A DNA stretch of 64,000 bases from positions 248,001 to 312,000 of the forward strand of contig MU626261.1 of assembly GCA_025603075.1 (NCBI GenBank), read 5' to 3'. The first letter of the stretch is position 1. Each line of letters starts with the position of its first letter. This DNA comes from Neoconidiobolus thromboides FSU 785 (Eukaryota; Fungi; Entomophthoromycota). Made by a program: the position numbers and the translations under genes. Below, in pieces: positions 55,177 through 64,000 of this stretch. Below the pieces are notes generated by a model, which was not told where the DNA came from, did not search any database, and saw only the letters and a program-made list of their open reading frames with translations.

Positions 55177-55934
55177 ATGAGCCAAGAAAGAATTCGTTTA
55201 GGAAGTACTGCTCCAGGTAAAATATTATCATTCATTTATGTATATATTTTATTAATCCTTTAATTTAGATTTCGAAGCTGAATCTACTTTAGGTCCAATT
55301 TCATTTCATAAATATATTGAAGGTTCCTGGGCTATCTTATTCTCTCATCCTGCTGATTTTAGTAAATATTATGTTTAAAAATGATTACACGTTAATCTTG
55401 AAACTAGCTCCAGTATGTACCACCGAACTTGGTACAGTTCAGAAATTAAAGGGTGAGTTTGAAAAACGTAACGTAAAGGTATTGGGAGTCAGTGTAGACT
55501 CTTTACAAGATCATAACGAATGGATCAAAGATATCAACCAAGTAAACAAAGTAGATGTGAACTTTCCTATTTTGGTTGACAAAGAGCGTAAGATCTCAAC
55601 TTTATATGATATGTTAGATACCGTTGAAAACGATGCTACTAACTTTGTCAATGGTTTACCATTGACAGTACGTTCTGTATTTATTATTGATCCAAGTAAA
55701 AAAGTCCGCTTAACTTTGACTTATCCTGCTTCCTGTGGCCGTAACTTTAATGAGATCATTAGAGTTGTTGATTCCCTTCAACTATCTGATAAGCATCCTA
55801 TCACTACTCCTGCCAATTGGAACCAAGGTGATAATGTCATCATTCATCCTAAAATAACCGATCAAGAAGCTGATACTAAATTCCCGGGTTATCAAAAGGT
55901 AACTCCTTATTTAAGATTTACTCAACAACCCTAA
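55177..55934 (+). CDS. PRX1: 1-Cys peroxiredoxin (Prx6 class)
   Basis: RLGSTAPDF, WAILFSHPADF|TPVCTTELG, LTVRSVFIIDP, LTYPASCGRNF, TTPANW, YLRFT. Confidence 0.95.
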
Positions 55935-56356
55935 GTTGCTTGTTAAAATAAACATTTTATTTTATTGCTATAAGTTGATTTAGCAATATGCTTTATATAT
56001 AATTTTGTTTACACTATTTAATTGTCTTTTACAAATTTGATAAAAAAAACTCTCTCTGAGAGTAGTAATGACTTTAATTGTAATTAAAACAACAGATACT
56101 AAATACTTTAACAAACATTAACTTAAGGAACAAAGTCAGCAGACTTTTTTTGATAAAGTGGGTTATTTATCTTTTATTTTTGAAAAAATAGGAAGCAGAG
56201 GCAATACCCTTTCTCCTGTTTGTCAGTTACATTTGTATTGATTTGAGAAAACATTAAAAATACAAGTATAAAAGATAAATTGGTAAAGTGTGAACCTTTA
56301 TAAACATCTTATTATAGACTCATTAGAAATACAAGGCTTCAGTTAATAAGATATTT

Positions 56357-56456
56357 GAGGATGTTTTTTTTTGGCTCCATCACTTTTTCTATCTTTCAAG
56401 CACTATTTGAGTGGAAAAATTGTTAGTCAAATTCTTAAACAATAAAATACATCCCC
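56357..56456 (-). mobile_element. MITE copy o
   Basis: GAGGATGTTTTTTTTTGGCTCCATCAC..CAAGCACTATTTGAGTGGAAA..AATACATCCCC; direct flanks ATTT/ATTT. Confidence 0.88.
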
Positions 56457-56507
56457 ATTTGATAATTGAAATGATTAAAAATTAAAATTAAAACTATTTT
56501 ATCATAT

Positions 56508-56603
56508 GGGGATATTTTTTTTATTTCATTACTTTTTCCATTTTTAAGCGCTATTTGACCAGAAAGATTGTTAGGACAACTCTTAAACAAAAAATCCATC
56601 TCT
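56508..56603 (-). mobile_element. MITE copy p
   Basis: GGGGATATTTTT..TTAAGCGCTATTTGA..CTTAAACAAAAAATCCATCTCT; flanks ATAT/ATAT. Confidence 0.85.
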
Positions 56604-57081
56604 ATATGTTTATTTATTGATTATTAATGTATTTTTATATAAAAGTAATATGTTTATTATTCAAATATTAGATTCAAATATATATTGGGGATATCTACCA
56701 ATTATCTATTTTTGGTTCTTTTTAAATTTTAAAAATTAATAACTATTATAACTGTCCAAACTTGGATATGTACTGGCTAACTGTTCATTTTATAATAAAA
56801 AATCAAGCATCAAGCAACAGCTTGGCATAATACACATACCCAACTATAAAATTTATCACTAATCAGTACCTATGTGAACTTGGACAACTGGATTAGTTTA
56901 ATTTTTAAATTTGAAAAAGTAGTAAAAAGAGTAATCGTTAAAAAAACATTCCCATATATTAAAAATACATGTACGTTTAACACTATTATTAATTTAGGTT
57001 TATATCCTTATTATTTATTTCATTATAATATCGTTCATGGAAATTGATGAAAACTATGAAGCTATAAACTTAAATTAATAT

Positions 57082-57163
57082 GTTTTAGCTTCATCACTTC
57101 ATTTTTTAAGTGCTATTTGAGTGGAAAAATTGGAAAAATTCTTAAACAGAAAAACACATCCCC
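57082..57163 (-). mobile_element. MITE copy r (one end eroded)
   Basis: GTTTTAGCTTCATCAC..TTAAGTGCTATTTGAGTGGAAA..CTTAAACAGAAAAACACATCCCC; flanks ATAT/ATAT. Confidence 0.8.
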
Positions 57164-57299
57164 ATATCAATAAATGAGAATAATTTTGAAAAATAAACTA
57201 ATTTATTAATATTATTAATAAATATATAAACTGAACAGCCACTTTTATAATATTAAATAATAGCTTAGTATAAGTGGATATGGGTATTGAAGAACAGAA

Positions 57300-58230
57300 T
57301 AAAATATATTATTGATATATTTAAATTCTTTAATTTTCATTCCATACTTAGTAATATTAATAGCAAATTCAACATAAATAGTTTCAGTAACTAAAACAAT
57401 ATAAATTTGTTAAATAAAGCCTATAGAATTGTTAATACAGCCAATAGCACATCAAGTGGGTACATTGATACTATTAGCTTGAGTAGCTTTAATGTATTTA
57501 TTTAATGAATTTAATGAATTTAAAATTGATCAAACTTTACAACTTCAATGCAAAGCATAATAAATAATTATCAAATAATATAAATTCTATACTTGTATTT
57601 CTAATTCTGTGCATTTTTTTAAATGCTGGATTATTGATAAAGAAGCACCAGGTAGTTATAAATATATAAATCACTATTATTGTTTTATTATATATTTTCT
57701 TTTTATAAATCTTCCACTATTAAAATTTAAAAGTTAATCCATTATGTGGTAACACAAATGCTAGCTGTCTAGGTACTATCTTATATCATCCATTAAATCT
57801 ACTTCACACTATATAAAAATATCTTACTACAACAAGAGAAAAGAACATATTCAAATCGATTTGGGTAAATCTATTATAAAGTTAGAGTATAACTATTATA
57901 AGCTTCCAAAAAGGCAATACCTCCGTCCTTATTTATAATGTGGATAGTCAGTACCATGAATTGATTTTTGTGCACTTTTACATCATTTTTATTTTTAGTC
58001 ATATGGGAAGTTTATTGAAATAGTATTATTTTAAGTGTTATTTTTACTTTCTACGCCAAATAGTTTATGTAAACATATATATCTTCCGTATCCTCGACTG
58101 TCTCGACTATTGTTTTACAATGTGTTGGATGCGCTTTTAAGCAATAGGTTGAATTCTATCTCAATTTAATTTGTCTCTAAATCAATTTATAGTTCTTAAA
58201 TCTAAGTTTGCTCAAGTTTAAGTTCTGGGT
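57300..58230 (-). pseudogene. Possible decayed Zn2Cys6 gene
   Basis: *FRDKLN*DR has the spacing of CFSYHRKCDR; downstream FLEAYNSY..IYP resembles the TF middle region. Many stops; limits approximate. Confidence 0.3.
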
Positions 58231-59018
58231 TGTATCATTTACATAATAATACAATAAGTGACCAAAAGAGCCAAAAATACAAACAAAAATGTAAACTATA
58301 ATTTAAGTAGAAAAAACAAGTAGCTAGAATTCTAACTTTAAGAATAAATTCAATTTTGAATAAATAATAAAGTCAGGAGTAATAATAAAGATAGACCTCT
58401 TGTACTAAAAATTCGAAAAACCATTATTGAATTGAATTCAAGAAAATAGTACAACTATTTATTCAACAAATCAAATATTATAACATGTAACTTTGAGAAG
58501 ATTGACTTATGAGTAAACTTGTAGCCAACCCCTTACTAAATATAGCAATTTAAATTTGAACTTTCAAGTTCTAATTAGAAGCTGGTAATTAATTGATCTT
58601 AAAAATTTTAATTTTAGAATTTATGAGTTCATAGCTGGAAACTATTCATAACTCTGGTAACACAGTTTATACCATACAAGTTACATTATAAACACTCTTT
58701 AAAGAATCTACTTCATTCTTTCATAATACTGTTAAAGTCCAATATTTACCATAAACTGCGGTTGAAAAACAGAAAAAAGCCTCTATATTGTAGGCTTATT
58801 AATTATAATTATAATAAATATAGTAACATCCACTATAACAAATCTCAAAATTCAAAGGACAACACCATAGTTATTAAAAATTAATACTTAAATTCTACAT
58901 TAAAACTCTAAGATTTATTGACTAATATTAAATTATTTATGAAATCGAAATAAGGTACATGAAGAATAAAAAGATATGCTTTTTAAAATAAGTTAAAGGT
59001 AATATATAATATCCCAAA

Positions 59019-59684
59019 CTAATAATGTACTGAATTCTTACGGTACGAATGACATGGTCGACGGTTATAGGGGGAGGACGAATTCAATCCATTTTGATAT
59101 TTAAATTCAAACGCTGATTGATTGCCTTGGGAGTAAAATTTGTCTTCTGAAATACTACTGATTGAGGACATTCTAGATGAAGATGAAGATGAGGATAAGG
59201 TGTCTATAGTATTAATTAAATGATTAGGTGATGTTGGTAAGTGTAATGAAGTGACTCTTCCCGTTATTCTATCAATGGCTTCTTCTTTTTTATTGTTTAT
59301 AAATTCATTGATCACTTTCATAAACTGAGAATATTGTTGGTCATCTGAAGCACATAGATGTATTATAGGATAGTGGCTTGAAGTTGTAGGTTGTAAAGAT
59401 AGCCTAGAAGCAAAAATAACGATCCCAAAAATGGACTTTTTGTTTGTTGGATCATTGGAGCAACTATCATAAGAAGACAGATCAAACTGATACAAAAACT
59501 TTTTATCGCTTGGAGAATCATAAACCCATAAATAGGGAGCCCTAAACACTATAAATCGTCTTTTCCAGGTACGTGAAAATGCTTGTTTTTTACGGAACAT
59601 CAGATAACCTTCAAATTCTTTGTCTTGACTTATGCTTGAAAGCAATGTGTCATCGCTATCTCTTGAGATGTTTAATTCGACCAT
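59019..59684 (-). CDS. PH-domain protein
   Basis: EFEGYLMFRKKQAFSRTWKRRFIVFR..LWVYDS; IHLCASDDQQYSQFMKVI (PH C-terminal helix). First in-frame ATG at 59684. Confidence 0.8.
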   Translation of the reverse strand: MVELNISRDSDDTLLSSISQDKEFEGYLMFRKKQAFSRTWKRRFIVFRAPYLWVYDSPSDKKFLYQFDLSSYDSCSNDPTNKKSIFGIVIFASRLSLQPTTSSHYPIIHLCASDDQQYSQFMKVINEFINNKKEEAIDRITGRVTSLHLPTSPNHLINTIDTLSSSSSSSRMSSISSISEDKFYSQGNQSAFEFKYQNGLNSSSPYNRRPCHSYRKNSVHY

Positions 59685-61417
59685 TTGCGTTTTTTTAAAA
59701 AATTGTAAAAAAGAAAGAAAAGTATTAAGTTGCTTTTGAGCCCAATTGTTGTATTTATTTATCCGAGTTGAACTATTCTTTACCAAGTAACCAAAGCTTA
59801 GAAACTTAGGGAAGAAAATTACCTAATTTAGCTAATCATAAACTGGTTTAAGACAGGTTTTAATTGGTGGTTGCTTGCCAATTGATAATTTTTTCAACTA
59901 TTAATTTAATAAATTTCAGTTTAAGCCAATCAATTCAGAATCAACTTTTGAACTCAACTAATCAGATGCTCCTAATAATCTAGTTATTCTAAGATTATAT
60001 AATTTATTCTTTATACTATATTGATTGTTATTAAAAAATTTCTTCCGCTAAGAAATCAAGCACTAATCCATTGCTATTCCTTAAAAAAGCTACAATTATT
60101 AAGTCATCCTTGCTTTAAGCTCGATATGAGCTTAAAATATTAATCAAACTTTAATAATTTAACTAAAAATGACCAAAAAATTAACTATGGGATTATTAAG
60201 CGGGTTTCTTTTATAAAAAAATAACAGTTTCAATAGTCAAAATGGTCAAACAACTACCTTTTATTTCTTCAATTAATTAAGTCTAAGTTTCTTTAAACTT
60301 CGGTAGTTAAGCACTTAATTACCCCTGTTTCAAATTGCTTGGTTCAAGGAAAAATAAGTGAGACAACTAAAATCAAGTTTTGCTTTTATAAAGAACTTGC
60401 TTTGCTCTTAACATGTGTTGATTAAATTTATTTTTAAATATCCACTTTTTTAAAATGATGAAATTTTCTTAATTTATTATTTAAGTTTCCTTTTTATAAA
60501 AATTAAAAAAAACTACAGCCTTATTCCTTTCTGTTTTACACTTTCTTTATGTTAAATTGAATGGTATTCTTTGTAAAAATATTTAACGGTACTTTAGTTA
60601 AATTATAAAAGAATTTAATTAAGCCGAAACTAATAAAAACAATGTTATAATTTTTTTTATTTTTACTATTTTACAAATTTATGCAATTTAAAAATCTGGA
60701 TTTTCTTCTCGAACTTTTTATTGTAAGAGAAATTATCATATCAAACAAAGATCTTGTTTTAATAAATACGTTAAATCTAGTACCAAAAGCTGTAAATCTC
60801 TTTCTGAGGGATATAAATAGTTTTAGTTTGTTTTGGTACCTTTGTTATATCGACAAATTAGCCCCTTAAGGCCAAAGTTTTTAATAAGATAACCTGGGTT
60901 TTAAAAGCATGATAGGTTAACTTTGAAAATTTTACATTCGAAACTAGCAACTTTTAAACAATATGAGTTTAAAAAAGCAATCTAATTTTAGTTAATCAAT
61001 TTCCTTTGAGTTTTAGATATACAAGATAATGTTAGGTAGGTCCTTAACACCAAAAATAAGGAAAGCAAATTATAACCCATCCATCAACAATATAAAGCTT
61101 GAAAACATATATTTTATGTTTCAAATATATCAAATGATAAAATGCAACTTAAGAGTTATATTGCTTTTCATGATCCTTTGTTGTTAAGTAAGACTTGAGC
61201 TTCTCAAGTAAATAAAAATCTATTAAAGTTTTTCATGTCCTTTCAAAATAATATGTTTAAAAAATAGAAAGGTAATAAAAATCATTGCGGTATAAGGAGT
61301 CATTGGAAGGTAAAGGGTTCTAAATGTCTTAATATAAGCAGTTAAAACAATACCTATATTTGAAATTATTTATAAATTTTTGATATTATTTTATAGAAGC
61401 TTATAAAAGCAATATAT

Positions 61418-61515
61418 GGGAGTGTTTTTTTAACTTCATTACTTTTTCCATTTTTTAAGTACTATTTAAGCGGAAAATTTGTTAGTAAAGTTCTTAAACA
61501 CCAAAATACATCCCC
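61418..61515 (-). mobile_element. MITE copy s
   Basis: GGGAGTGTTTTTT..TTAAGTACTATTTAAGCGGAAA..AAAATACATCCCC; flanks ATAT/ATAT. Confidence 0.9.
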
Positions 61516-61819
61516 ATATCAACCTCAACTTTTAAACTAACAGTATGAAGGTTGAAATTTATGTCTTTCATGTTAAGAAATGGAACTTTTATCTTGAAAA
61601 CTGATTTGGTTGGTGATATGATATATTATAGCAATTATAAATGAATAAAATGCTTTGTTGAATTTATTTAGAAATAATTGTATTGGTAAGACATTATTGA
61701 ATAATACTACTTTTTAGTTTATTTATAGTAATAATTAAATAATTATAACATTATCTGACCTTATTTAAAAGTATTGTTTTTGCTTTGAATAAAGCTATTA
61801 ATTAGGAAGTGTAGCAACA

Positions 61820-61915
61820 TTTAAGGAAATTTTTTGATTTCATTTATTTTTCAACTTCTTAAGTGCTATTGAATGTAAGAACTGTTAATATAATCTTTAA
61901 ACAAAAAATGATACT
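61820..61915 (-). mobile_element. Degenerate MITE copy t
   Basis: Core TTTTTGATTTCAT..TTAAGTGCTATTGA..TTTAAACAAAAAA is retained; the termini are eroded. Confidence 0.6.
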
Positions 61916-62071
61916 CTGTTTTATTTCATTTGTACTGTATCTTTTTAATAAAATTATTTATTTATTTATTGCTATTTGTTTTTATAAAAGCTCAAAATAA
62001 AGCAAAAATAATACTACTCTTAATATATTTTTATTATACACAAAATTCAAACTTTTAAATAAATAAAACTA

Positions 62072-63688
62072 TCAAGATTTTTCATGTCCTCTCACAGGGA
62101 TATGTTTGAGGAATAGAGAAGTAATAAAAGCAATAGCAGCATAAGGAATCATTGAAAGGTAAAGGATTTTGAATGATTCAATGTAACCATATAAAACTAG
62201 ATCTAATTGGTCTTTAGATAATGAATGAATCGTATTAACCGAGCCCAATATTAATTTTGTATCCATCTCGGGTAATAATTGATGTAATGTACTAGCCAAA
62301 TAATTATTAAAGATAGAACCTTGAATAGCCAAACCAACCAAAGATCCTAAAAGATTGTTAAAGAAAACCAAAGAAGTTGAAACAGCTATATCATCATCCG
62401 TGGAAGCTACTTGTACAATCATAACGTTATTTTGGAAGCATAAGCCAACTCCAAATCCTAAAATTAACGCATATACAATTTCTTCTCCACGTGTAATACT
62501 TAATCTATAAAGGGATCCATAGAGGGCTGCCCCAACAATAAGAAAGATGCCTCCAATGACAGACAAAAAGCGATATTTGCCAGTTTTAGTAGTAATGATA
62601 CCAGTGACAAAATTACAAGCTACGGCACCAAGCATAAGTGGTAATAGCTCTAAACCTGAACTAGTAGCATCATAGTTTTTTACTACTTGGTAATAGATGG
62701 GCAAGTAGTAAACAGATACCATAAACAAAGCACCAATAAAGAAGGCAGATACATTAGCTGAAATAGTATTGCGGTTTAATACTCGACCTGGTATTATAGG
62801 TTCTTTAGCAACTTTAGCTTCAACGTATATAAACAATATTAAAAATAGTCCAGCAAGTACTAAAGTCACAATCACAGGTGCTGAACTCCATTCATATTCA
62901 CTACCGCCCCAGGTAAGTCCAAGTACTAAACATATTGTAAAGCACATCAACGTAATTGCACCATAAAAATCCACTCTACTAAGTTTTTCTTTCATACTAC
63001 CTTTAGGTATTGGTAAGTTCAAGAAAAAGAAAACGATGATAAAAGTGATAGCACATATAGGAACATTAATGTAAAAAGCCCAACGCCAAGTTATTTTATC
63101 TGAAAAAGCACCACCAACCAAAGGTCCTATAACTGATGCGATTGCATATATACCACCTGCGAAAGCAAGGAAAATACCACGTATTCTAGGTGGGATAATA
63201 TCTGATATTATAATGATTGATAGAGAATAGAGGCCACCACCACCCAAACCACTTATAGCACGAAATATAATCAAAGTAATCATGTTTGGGGCAGCTCCAC
63301 AAACAATAGATCCAACAGTAAATATAAATAAAGCAAATAAGACTGTATATTTCCTACCAAATATATCAGATAATTTGCCATATAATGGTTGGATTGCGGT
63401 AGAAGTCAATAGGTATGAACCTGCCACCCAAGTGACCAAGTCTAAGGCACTAAATTCAGACACAATCTTTGCCATTGCTGTAGATATGATTGTGTTATCT
63501 AAAGAAGCTATGAAGATAGACAGTACTAAACCAAAAACCAAGGCCCCTTTTTTAAAGGGAGTCAAGTTATTAATTGGGTCCATAGGGTTTTCGGGACTCG
63601 CTTCTGGGTTCATTTCTGCGATTCCTTTCTTATCTAATTCATAAGGTTTGATATCAAAAGCTTCATTCACCTCGGATTTTTCTATCAT
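62072..63688 (-). CDS. 14-TMS MFS drug:H+ antiporter (DHA2-type)
   Basis: SLDNTIISTA, QPLYGKLSDIFGRK, GGGG, GPLVGGAFSD..WRWAFYINVP, EPIIP, YYLPIYYQ. Intronless. Confidence 0.93.
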   Translation of the reverse strand: MIEKSEVNEAFDIKPYELDKKGIAEMNPEASPENPMDPINNLTPFKKGALVFGLVLSIFIASLDNTIISTAMAKIVSEFSALDLVTWVAGSYLLTSTAIQPLYGKLSDIFGRKYTVLFALFIFTVGSIVCGAAPNMITLIIFRAISGLGGGGLYSLSIIIISDIIPPRIRGIFLAFAGGIYAIASVIGPLVGGAFSDKITWRWAFYINVPICAITFIIVFFFLNLPIPKGSMKEKLSRVDFYGAITLMCFTICLVLGLTWGGSEYEWSSAPVIVTLVLAGLFLILFIYVEAKVAKEPIIPGRVLNRNTISANVSAFFIGALFMVSVYYLPIYYQVVKNYDATSSGLELLPLMLGAVACNFVTGIITTKTGKYRFLSVIGGIFLIVGAALYGSLYRLSITRGEEIVYALILGFGVGLCFQNNVMIVQVASTDDDIAVSTSLVFFNNLLGSLVGLAIQGSIFNNYLASTLHQLLPEMDTKLILGSVNTIHSLSKDQLDLVLYGYIESFKILYLSMIPYAAIAFITSLFLKHIPVRGHEKS

Positions 63689-64000
63689 TTTGAATTTTTT
63701 TTAAAAAAGAAAGATAAAATTTCTTCATTTTATAGTCTACTATTAAGTCATTCAACCTTTAAAATGGATCAAGCGCAGTTTATTATTATAATTAATATAG
63801 TACAAACTCGGAAATAATAGGATTAACATGAGCTTTTTTGTATAAATGTCGGTCTTATATTTATTTAAACTCCCTAATAAATTTTATTTAAGTTGAGGAA
63901 TATTACAATTTTATCGAATCTTATTTGTAGTTAAATGAAGCAAATTTAAACATTTACTAATAAAGATTTAAACAAATTCTTACAATATTTTTTTCTATAA

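Noticed and set aside
60681-60869. 62-aa ORF in the PH-MFS intergenic region
   Set aside because: No motif, AT-driven composition, and length expected by chance.
47121-63644. ORFs 47121-47378, 51809-52015, 62769-62966 and 63282-63644 (also 1207, 8531, 9300, 9687, 17434, 28986, 29406, 39837)
   Set aside because: They overlap well-supported genes in another frame or strand and lack independent coding signals.

Overview
AT-rich (roughly a quarter GC), intron-rich eukaryotic DNA. The gene content (animal-type AIFM1, AZUL-bearing UBE3A-like HECT ligase, NABP/SOSS-B-like OB protein, kinesin-4, NUDCD1, SMYD, alongside Zn2Cys6 factors and fungal MFS pumps) points to an early-diverging fungus, plausibly Entomophthorales-like; this is inference, not identification. 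I count about 28 protein-coding genes (most spliced, short GT-AG introns) and one intron-containing tRNA-Ile(UAU). Compact housekeeping blocks alternate with gene-poor blocks (about 14.4-16.9, 20.5-28.9 and 56-62 kb). These blocks hold (i) 17 clear copies, one degenerate copy and fragments of a ~98-bp MITE with GGGGATG-T-rich terminal inverted repeats and 4-bp A-N-N-T target duplications (Sola-like signature, no transposase in the window), (ii) two decayed paralogues of an unannotated secreted-type protein family, one split in frame by the MITE, (iii) decayed Zn2Cys6 genes, (iv) a ~170-bp foldback, and (v) an intronless secreted MltA/3D-domain protein. A 4-nt microexon supplies part of the kinesin P-loop, and several redox/mitochondrial genes cluster at 46.8-55.9 kb. 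All gene models were spliced by eye and no database search was run.
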